Part shown: one piece after another, positions 55,363-62,988 of the stretch
How the letters are laid out: every line of letters starts with the position of its first letter
Numbering within the stretch: position 1 is the stretch's first letter
Virus record (IMG/VR): IMGVR_UViG_3300017917_004576
Coordinates: 32,001-96,000 of that record
Strand: one strand, 5' to 3'
DNA length: 64,000 bases
DNA from: a virus
Translations under genes and position numbers: made by a program
The notes under the pieces: generated by a model
Database searches by the model: none
Seen by the model: only the letters and a program-made list of their open reading frames with translations
What the model was told of the DNA's origin: nothing

Positions 55363-57002
55363 ATATCATTCTTTAAATGTGCATATTGTATAAAGTCTTC
55401 TTCAAATTTAATATTTTTTTGTCTGACTTCTTCTGATCTATTATTATTATCTATCATAGTATTGATATGATCGCATAAATTATTTATACCATATCCAGAG
55501 ATTTGTGTTGGAGATACATAATGGAAACCATAGTCTGCATTCTGAAGCATATTCAAAAACTTGAAAGACGATAAAAGTTCACTATTCTTCATCGTATTAT
55601 TGCATAGGTTAATGAATTGTGAAAAATTAGAATCCTTATTAGATATGCTCGCTTTGCGCAAGATTGGTAGAGGTTTGGACCAGTCTGCTCTAAAGTCTAG
55701 ATTATCAAAATAATTCTCCCAAATTTTTGCAATATTATCCCAGTTATAATATTTTTCTGTTAAATTTCTTATTCGAACTCTATTATTATTTCTAATAGAT
55801 ATTGGTTTATCTAATTCTTTTAGTATAATATCAATTAGGCAATCATTATCTGGATATACTCTAATAGCTTTTGTTTCGAGTTCTTTGAAATATGTTTTAA
55901 TTTTTATTGGATATGCTTCTAATTTTGATATGATATCTATCATAGCACTATATTCTACGGTTGCTATTGGGACACCACAAGCGGCGGCTTCGACTTGAGG
56001 CATACCAAATCCTTCGCATATAGCATATTGAACATATAAATCAAATGTATTGTAGATTATACTGAGTTGTTCGTCAGTAACGCCTTGAGATACAGATGGA
56101 AATTGCGATGATTTATTAAAACATTTTGAGCATACTTTTTGAGGTCCACAGTATACACAGCTCTCTATATTAGAACAGTTCTTACATAGGTATGTAAAAA
56201 GAACATTATTAGATATTTGATGATCATTTAGCAACTCAGGGATATCCCACCCCATGTCCGGATATGTTGTATGTAGATATAGAAATATTTTATCAGATCG
56301 TTTTTCTTTCTCAAAAATGGATAATATTTTTTTAAAAGAAACTAAAAGCTCCGGAATAAGTTTTCTTTTTTGGTTTCTCATAACAGAACCAACTATAAAT
56401 ACATCATTATCTATGCCCAGAATTTGTCTACAACTATTTTTATCCTTAATATTAAAAATATCTAAATCAACACCAGGACTAGCAGTAGCAATATATTTTA
56501 TTTTATCATTAGTTTGCTGTTTAAGGATTTGAGCGCCCCAATCACTATATGTAAAAATAGCATCTGTTGATAGAAATACATCTACCCACTCTTCTTGTTG
56601 CGGTGCAGAATCTACTGTGGGCATGAGAATATGATGAAAATAAGATCTTAAAGGGGATAGAGTTTGGTATCCACTCATCCAAAAATCTCTAACATCAACC
56701 ACAATATCTGGCTTAAAATCTAATAGAACCTTTTCGAATCTCCATTTTCCAAATTGATTATCTGTCCTAGACATATATTCTTTATATCTAGGATCGTTGT
56801 CCCTTACGGCATTAGCATAATAAATCCAATCTATATTTTTATCTCTCGGATCATTAACCATCCCATAAGAAGCAAATTCTGCAACAATATATTTATTGGT
56901 TTTATGCCATCTCGATAATATTTGTTTTGCATATTTTCCAAAACCAGAATTTATGAAACTAGCTTCGGAACACATCAATATTTTTAATTTAGATTTTACC
57001 AT
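55359..57002 (-). CDS. GT4-family (GT-B) glycosyltransferase with Zn-ribbon-like insertion
   Basis: KILMCSEA...SGFG, FKPDIVV, SPGVDLDIF, MRNQKRK, YNTFDLYVQYAICEGFGMPQVEAAACGVP and YNWDNIAKIW. Insertion CKNC...CVYC...CSKC. Confidence 0.85.
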   Translation of the reverse strand: MVKSKLKILMCSEASFINSGFGKYAKQILSRWHKTNKYIVAEFASYGMVNDPRDKNIDWIYYANAVRDNDPRYKEYMSRTDNQFGKWRFEKVLLDFKPDIVVDVRDFWMSGYQTLSPLRSYFHHILMPTVDSAPQQEEWVDVFLSTDAIFTYSDWGAQILKQQTNDKIKYIATASPGVDLDIFNIKDKNSCRQILGIDNDVFIVGSVMRNQKRKLIPELLVSFKKILSIFEKEKRSDKIFLYLHTTYPDMGWDIPELLNDHQISNNVLFTYLCKNCSNIESCVYCGPQKVCSKCFNKSSQFPSVSQGVTDEQLSIIYNTFDLYVQYAICEGFGMPQVEAAACGVPIATVEYSAMIDIISKLEAYPIKIKTYFKELETKAIRVYPDNDCLIDIILKELDKPISIRNNNRVRIRNLTEKYYNWDNIAKIWENYFDNLDFRADWSKPLPILRKASISNKDSNFSQFINLCNNTMKNSELLSSFKFLNMLQNADYGFHYVSPTQISGYGINNLCDHINTMIDNNNRSEEVRQKNIKFEEDFIQYAHLKNDI

Positions 57003-57008
57003 TATGGA

Positions 57009-57045
57009 ATAGAATAAGGGGGATATTTCACCCCCAATATTCTAT
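57009..57045 (-). terminator. Hairpin/terminator between ssb and GT4 gene
   Basis: GGGGG-N8-CCCCC stem extended by ATAGAATA/TATTCTAT. On the minus strand it is followed by a T-rich tract. Confidence 0.5.
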
Positions 57046-57065
57046 ATACATTCCTTTAGGTTTGG

Positions 57066-57434
57066 TCAGAAAGCAACCGGTTCTGATTCTTCGGTCTTTG
57101 ATCTACTAAGCTTAGTAATCTTTGAAAAGTTATTAACTCTAACCTTTAGACTACTATGCTTAACTCCATCCTTTTCCCATGTATCGTTTCTAAGGGACCC
57201 CTCAACCATAACCAGATCACCTTTCTTTAGTGACTCAGCAATAGTTTCGGCTCCGCTATCCCATGCTTCGCAATTAATAAAAGATGTAATTCGATCTTTT
57301 TCTCCATTCGATTTTACATAATCCCTATTAACAGCAATGGTAAAATTTACCACACTAGTTTGTTTTCCATTTGGATTAACAACTCTTAACTCAGGATCTC
57401 GTGCAAGATTACCCTTCAACAATGTAATATTCAT
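57066..57434 (-). CDS. ssb: Single-stranded DNA-binding protein
   Basis: MNITLLKGNLARDPELR...NFTIAVNR...FINCEAW...KKGDLVMVEGSLRNDTWEKDG. GGAG RBS before ATG 57434. Short acidic tail EESEPVAF. Confidence 0.95.
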   Translation of the reverse strand: MNITLLKGNLARDPELRVVNPNGKQTSVVNFTIAVNRDYVKSNGEKDRITSFINCEAWDSGAETIAESLKKGDLVMVEGSLRNDTWEKDGVKHSSLKVRVNNFSKITKLSRSKTEESEPVAF

Positions 57435-57475
57435 TTTCAAAACTCCTAAAAGTAAAAACGCTACAACTATACAAT

Positions 57476-57503
57476 ATTATACCAAGCGGCAGCGTTTTGT
57501 CAA
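57476..57503 (-). promoter_or_regulatory. Consensus sigma70-type promoter for ssb
   Basis: Minus strand reads TTGACA (57503-57498), a 16-nt spacer ending TGG (extended -10), then TATAAT (57481-57476). It overlaps the dnaE piece-3 stop. Confidence 0.8.
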
Positions 57504-59113
57504 GACCTTGGTATAAAACATTTTTCTACTATAAAAGAATCTTTTTTAGGACTCTTATTACCTAGAAATATTAGTACATTTCCTTCAAACAGATAGTTTC
57601 GGTATTTAGATAATTGATCAGGAAATAAGATGACCGAGTCTAAGGACGCATATTGATCCTCTATCGTAACAAAAGCCATTTCTGCACCAGCATTTTTCCC
57701 ATTCTTTGTTTTAACAAAATTTATATTACTAATTTCACCAGCCAAAATAATATTTTTAATATTATTGGTATGTTTAAATATTTTGCAATCACAGTTTGTC
57801 ATGCTGATATCGTATGAATCTATTTTAAAACAGGTAATGGATGCTCCAAGCAACGCATTTTCTGTATCAGATAACCATTCTATTTTATCATTTAATGAGT
57901 ATGGTGGATTTTCATATAGCTTAATTAAATTTTGTATATTAGTTTTTCGTTTAGTATTGATCTTACTATTAGTTAGCAAATTCTCTAAAACTTGTCCTAG
58001 ATGTTTTTGGTTTATATCTAAAAGATCTAATTCTCTAGATGTTAATTCCGATATTATATCATACTCGAATAACATTTGTGTGCGTGACATATGATAATAA
58101 TCAAGAGCGCCACATGATATTAGCGCCTTAGCGGCTGTAGAGTTTATTTTATTGAGTAATTTTACTAAGCAGCCATACCATGATATGGAATTAAGATCAA
58201 TATTTTTGACTATCTCTATGATCTTATCATATACCGAATAACCAACCCCTTTTATATCTGTTAAGCCAAAATAAATTTTATCATCATTTATGGTAAAATG
58301 CTTATTAAGTTTTCTTAAATCTGGAACGCAAACAGTAACATCCATTTCTGTGGCGTTCCTGATTAATTCCTTGATTTCTTTTTGTGGATCCATCTTGTCT
58401 TTTGCGAACTTTAAATATGATGCAAAAAACACTTTCGCGAAGTGGGCTTTAGCATATGCTGATGAGTATGCATTCATAGCATAGCTTACAGCGTGACTCT
58501 TATTAAAACTATATCTTTGACTTTTTTCTATCCAACCAAAAATTTCTTCGCTCTCATCTTCCGATACAATATTAAGTTTTTTAACACCGTCTTTGAATTT
58601 AACTTTGATTTTGGCCATTTCTTCTGGTTTCTTTTTGCCTATAGCCTTACGAAGCATATCGGCCTCTTGAAGATCGAATCCAGCCACCGCCTGCGCGATT
58701 TGCATAGCCTGTTCTTGGTAAATCATCTCGCCATAGGTCGATTTTAATGAAGGCTCAAGAGAAGGGTGAAAATAGTCTAATTCTTCTTGACCATTTTTTT
58801 TATCTATATAATGATCACTAATACTTTTGCCTTCCCTATATGCCTCTAACGATCCTGGTCGCATAATACTAATTAACGCAGAAAGCTGCTCTATATTCTG
58901 TGGTTTAAGTTTTTTGGACATACTAGAGCCTAGTCTGGACTCTAATTGAAAAACTCCTTTTGTATTTCCTTGCGCTATCATATCCCATGTTTTGGAACAT
59001 TCTAGATTTAGATTTTCTAGTTTGCCATCGAAATCTATTCTAGGAATACCATCATTGGTATAGTCCAATACTTTAAATTTACAACCACAATCAAACGTAT
59101 AGTGATTATTCAT
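57500..59113 (-). CDS. dnaE: DNA polymerase III alpha, piece 3 (fingers, HhH, OB fold)
   Basis: GNTKGVFQLES, LISIMRPG, TYGEMIYQEQAMQIA, ADMLRKAIGKKK, YSFNKSHAVSYA, IYFGLTDIKGVG, MAFVTIED. Confidence 0.92.
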   Translation of the reverse strand: MNNHYTFDCGCKFKVLDYTNDGIPRIDFDGKLENLNLECSKTWDMIAQGNTKGVFQLESRLGSSMSKKLKPQNIEQLSALISIMRPGSLEAYREGKSISDHYIDKKNGQEELDYFHPSLEPSLKSTYGEMIYQEQAMQIAQAVAGFDLQEADMLRKAIGKKKPEEMAKIKVKFKDGVKKLNIVSEDESEEIFGWIEKSQRYSFNKSHAVSYAMNAYSSAYAKAHFAKVFFASYLKFAKDKMDPQKEIKELIRNATEMDVTVCVPDLRKLNKHFTINDDKIYFGLTDIKGVGYSVYDKIIEIVKNIDLNSISWYGCLVKLLNKINSTAAKALISCGALDYYHMSRTQMLFEYDIISELTSRELDLLDINQKHLGQVLENLLTNSKINTKRKTNIQNLIKLYENPPYSLNDKIEWLSDTENALLGASITCFKIDSYDISMTNCDCKIFKHTNNIKNIILAGEISNINFVKTKNGKNAGAEMAFVTIEDQYASLDSVILFPDQLSKYRNYLFEGNVLIFLGNKSPKKDSFIVEKCFIPRS

Positions 59114-59118
59114 AAATA

Positions 59119-59820
59119 TTATGCAGATGCTGTGGCGAAGGCGTTTTTGAATTTAACCTTATTACCAAGATTTCTATGAAGTTTCATAAATCTAATGAGA
59201 ATATCAGCGGTGGCTCTTACATCGTTTAACGCATCATGAGATCCGCTATTGCCAAGACCTAAATATTCTCTAACATTATCTAATGTATAGTTTTTTAGTT
59301 CGTTATTTCCTTCGAACCAATAAAATATCACATTCATTAAATCTATAACGTCTCGGGGATAAAAAAGAGATGTTCTTCCCTCCTTATTGACATTATTGTA
59401 TTTGGTACTTAGTCTTTCTATGATTCTAAGATCGAATCTATTTATATTGTATCCAGCGGCTATGGGCGCTGTAAAACAAGATTTTTTATCTGATCTTATA
59501 TGATATTTCTCTAAATAAGATACGAACATTTTCCATCCATTATCCTGATTTTGATAAGATTTCCAATCCTCTAATATTTTAGTTTTTTCACATCCTCTAA
59601 CCTTAGCATGGAAATCAAGAACATCACTATCATCATATATATAGTCAGGTTTTTCATCCAATATAGATGGTTTTAGATTAATATTAAATTCTGAATCTTT
59701 GATAATTTCTAATTTATATGGATCTATTATCAGAGAAGCGATTTGAACGGGGCTGCAAAGGTCGGGATTAGCCCCGTCCGTTTCTAAATCAAACACACAA
59801 ATTTTTTGTAAATTAGCCAT
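59119..59820 (-). CDS. dnaQ: DEDDh 3'-5' exonuclease (DNA Pol III epsilon-like)
   Basis: ExoI VFDLETDG, ExoII AGYNINRFD, ExoIII SHDALNDV. Confidence 0.85.
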   Translation of the reverse strand: MANLQKICVFDLETDGANPDLCSPVQIASLIIDPYKLEIIKDSEFNINLKPSILDEKPDYIYDDSDVLDFHAKVRGCEKTKILEDWKSYQNQDNGWKMFVSYLEKYHIRSDKKSCFTAPIAAGYNINRFDLRIIERLSTKYNNVNKEGRTSLFYPRDVIDLMNVIFYWFEGNNELKNYTLDNVREYLGLGNSGSHDALNDVRATADILIRFMKLHRNLGNKVKFKNAFATASA

Positions 59821-59995
59821 TTGTCTCCACTACTGTGTTTCCTGGGAAAAAAGTCCTTTGATTACTATCTGTAACAACGTGACAATTAGCGCTTCTGCAA
59901 CAACTTACTCTAACCTCTTGGATCTTAGTATACTCTACATTATTAACTTTAAAATTTTCGCCTACAGCAACTTGATCTAATGTTTTTGTTAACAT
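59813..59995 (-). CDS. Small beta-rich hypothetical protein (60 aa)
   Basis: Coupled to dnaE piece 2 (TAATG overlap) and overlaps the dnaQ start; contains SCCRSANC. Confidence 0.6.
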   Translation of the reverse strand: MLTKTLDQVAVGENFKVNNVEYTKIQEVRVSCCRSANCHVVTDSNQRTFFPGNTVVETNG

Positions 59996-60879
59996 TATAG
60001 TTCTCCATTTTTTAAGTATTCTGATACAGACATGATTTTGTCTAAATAAGCTATACCCAATATATCAAATTTAATTAAACCCAAACTCTCTAGATCATTC
60101 ATCTCCATGCCTGCTATCAGCTGATCATTTCTATTATCATAGACCATAGGACACAGAGATGCAAGATCTTCAGTACCTATTATTACACCAGCAGCATGTT
60201 TGCTTTGATTAGATTTTGTTCCTTCGAGTCTTATGGCCTGTTCAAATCTTTTTGATAATGGGCCAGCCAACGAACCATCTTCTGCTATATAGCACCATTC
60301 TTTCAGTTTATCTGTGTTATTCTCTAAAGCCCATCTAATAATCGAGGCTTCTCCGGTATCTTCTTTCATCTCTTGAAGCTCGTCGGCTATTTTGGCTTCG
60401 TCAGGAATAAATTTAGTAATAGAATTCATTTCTTCGAAAGATATATTACCATATACTCTTAGTACATCTTTTAATGCCCCTCTACCTTTCATAGTATTAA
60501 AAGTAATCATTTGTGATACTTTGCCATGTCCATATTTACTTTTTATATATTCTAATACTTGTTCTCGTTTATCTATTGGAATATCTATATCGATATCTGG
60601 CATTTGTATTCTGGCTGGAATGCTTTGTATTGGGCGAGTATTATCAAGCTGATCGACAATACCATATATCCACATTATATAACTATTAATAGTGTTTTCG
60701 GATAAAATATTTTTATTTACTATTATATGATTATAGTATGATATATTTTCTGGAGCCGAAAGAACTATAGAGCATTCATGTTCAAGAAATCTATTATTTT
60801 TTTCTTGTTCTAACCTTTCGATTATAGGCTGGCTTTTAATCTCATGTACTAGTCTAGTAAGTGTAGAATTTTTTTCCAT
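59995..60879 (-). CDS. dnaE: DNA polymerase III alpha, piece 2 (palm catalytic aspartates, thumb)
   Basis: MPDIDIDIP, KYGHGKVSQMITF, ALKDVLR, AIRLEG...SKHAAGVII and GLIKFDILG, preceded by an ~90-aa atypical extension. Confidence 0.9.
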   Translation of the reverse strand: MEKNSTLTRLVHEIKSQPIIERLEQEKNNRFLEHECSIVLSAPENISYYNHIIVNKNILSENTINSYIMWIYGIVDQLDNTRPIQSIPARIQMPDIDIDIPIDKREQVLEYIKSKYGHGKVSQMITFNTMKGRGALKDVLRVYGNISFEEMNSITKFIPDEAKIADELQEMKEDTGEASIIRWALENNTDKLKEWCYIAEDGSLAGPLSKRFEQAIRLEGTKSNQSKHAAGVIIGTEDLASLCPMVYDNRNDQLIAGMEMNDLESLGLIKFDILGIAYLDKIMSVSEYLKNGEL

Positions 60880-61667
60880 TTGTAGTCTATATATAAATGA
60901 TTGTTTAGTAAATATTTTGCTATAACTTTAATTTCACTCTTGTTTTGGTATATTAACTGATATAAGTCTCTATTTTTTATTTTTGTTGGTTTTTTATATT
61001 TTACAGGCAAGGCTTTGGACACTGTTTCCAAATTTTCTGGAAGATATGAACATATACCTATGTTGTAACCAGTGTAGACTTTATTTTTATTGGTTTGTTT
61101 TTTTATACTAACCCATCCATCAGCATCCCAATATCCTCTTATAAAATCTGGCCATAATAATTGATCCGACGGTAATTTTAAAGTACTATACCATGTTTTT
61201 CTTGGTATAATACCATATTTTGATATATTATTTGCTAAAATATCGCTAGTAAATTGAAATGTACACCTATTATCGTAGTCTTTTACTATATTAGAGCCTA
61301 TTAAAAATTTAGAAAATTTAATCAAATGTTTTTTTGATTCTGACCCCAAGCATAATTGTAGCTTATTACTATCACTAATATTTCCATCGCCAAAAATAAA
61401 ACCAAGCCAATAAGCTGATGCGGCATCTAATTTAGAAAAATCATTTAATAATTTTTTTTTACTATTTTTAGTAAATCTAGTTGATTTTGCTAAACAACCA
61501 CAACTTTTAACATGGTTAATCTTTATCATAGATAGTTTCTTATAACAGATATTGCCGCATTTACATTTACACTTAGCAATTGTTTCTCCTTTACTATCCG
61601 GAACTAAAGTTATTATAGTAAGTAAATTATAACTCTTATTTTTATAGTCTTTTATTTTAGTTTTCAT
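60849..61667 (-). mobile_element. Free-standing LAGLIDADG homing endonuclease gene inserted in dnaE
   Basis: Two LAGLIDADG motifs (AYWLGFIFGDGNI; DFIRGYWDADGWV) and an N-terminal CKCKCG...KSCGC module. GGAGG RBS before ATG 61667. Confidence 0.9.
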
Positions 61668-61689
61668 ATTGCCTCCGGAATTATACTGT

Positions 61690-62988
61690 TTATACACCAT
61701 TCTTAAATGTTTGTATAGAAAATTCCGGAAAAGATATGTGTTCTTTTACATTCCTGCCATCGGAATAAAATCTTTCAAATAGTAATTCATGTTTAATAGG
61801 ATCTATATCTGTAATACCTATTAAATAAGAAACCAAGCATCCGGCTGCGCTTCCTCGTCCTGGTCCTGCTAACCAATTATTATTTTTAACATGTCTTAGT
61901 ATGTCTTGAACAATTAGAAAATAACTACTAAGCCCAGCATTTTGCAAAACCTGTAGTTCATATTTTATTCTATCAACATAAATATCGTGTTGTGATTTGT
62001 CAATATTCGGTATAATTCTATTTTTCCAACCTTTTCTACATAATTCTCTTAAATATTCATCCGGAGAGAATCCTTCGGGACATTCGAATTTAGGCAATTT
62101 AGGTGGCGATAGTATATCAAAATTTTCTATTAGACTATCCACAAATAAAGTGTTTTCTATCTCTTCGTCATTATGAAGAGTTTTCATTTCTTCTGGAGAC
62201 AGAATATAGTATTTGTCGCTTTTAAAGAAACACTCCATAGGTACAGATTGATTATGAAGCATCTTAGTATTTATATCTGATAATGTTGTTTTAAGATTAT
62301 TACAGAGTAATATTCTTTGATCTATAGCATCATCTTGTTCGCAATAATGGGCATCCGGTGTGCATACCGCTTTTGTTTTACTTAATTGAGAGATTCTTCT
62401 TATTGTATCTGTTAAATATGTTTGTTGTTTTAGATATGCTTGATCAAATAGTTGTGTCTCTAGAAAAAAATTATCATTACCAAATATAGTTTTCATATAA
62501 TCTACAAAAGATAATCCATTATCTATAGCTTTGGATTCGTCGCATAATATCTTATCTGCTAATGTTGATCCCAAATGTCCACAGATACCTATAATATTAC
62601 CGTCTAGTATTTCTGCTAATTTTGCCAGACTTAAACGTGGCTTATGATAAAAGTAATCGGGTCTGTTAGATTCGGAAACAATCTTTATTAAGGTTTTCCA
62701 TCCTTGCAAATTCTTCGCCAATACCAAAAAATGTGATAATGAAGCATTTTCTTTTGTTTGTATACTCGGATCATCTTCACATATATATAATTCACAACCA
62801 AGAATTGGTTTTATATTTTTATTTCGCATTTTCTGATAGAATTGTACAGAACCGGCGATGTTCCCGTGATCGGTTAAGGCGCAAGAATTAATGCCTAACT
62901 TAGAACATCTATTGGCTATTTGTTCTGGACGATTAAGACCATCCAAAAGACTAAAATGCGAATGACAATGAAGAACAGAATAGGTCAT
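61690..62988 (-). CDS. dnaE: DNA polymerase III alpha, piece 1 (PHP domain plus start of palm)
   Basis: LHCHSHFSLLDG, ALTDHGN, KPILGCELY, HFLVLAKN, TPDAHY, YFLIVQD and GPGRGSAAGCLVSYLIGITDIDP...LLFERF; stops before PDIDxD. Confidence 0.92.
   Translation of the reverse strand: MTYSVLHCHSHFSLLDGLNRPEQIANRCSKLGINSCALTDHGNIAGSVQFYQKMRNKNIKPILGCELYICEDDPSIQTKENASLSHFLVLAKNLQGWKTLIKIVSESNRPDYFYHKPRLSLAKLAEILDGNIIGICGHLGSTLADKILCDESKAIDNGLSFVDYMKTIFGNDNFFLETQLFDQAYLKQQTYLTDTIRRISQLSKTKAVCTPDAHYCEQDDAIDQRILLCNNLKTTLSDINTKMLHNQSVPMECFFKSDKYYILSPEEMKTLHNDEEIENTLFVDSLIENFDILSPPKLPKFECPEGFSPDEYLRELCRKGWKNRIIPNIDKSQHDIYVDRIKYELQVLQNAGLSSYFLIVQDILRHVKNNNWLAGPGRGSAAGCLVSYLIGITDIDPIKHELLFERFYSDGRNVKEHISFPEFSIQTFKNGV

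Noticed and set aside
57500-62988. Split-intein trans-splicing of DnaE as in cyanobacteria
   Set aside because: No Hint-domain N-terminal block follows piece 1 or 2, and no HN-(C/S/T) block precedes the DnaE sequence in piece 2 or 3.
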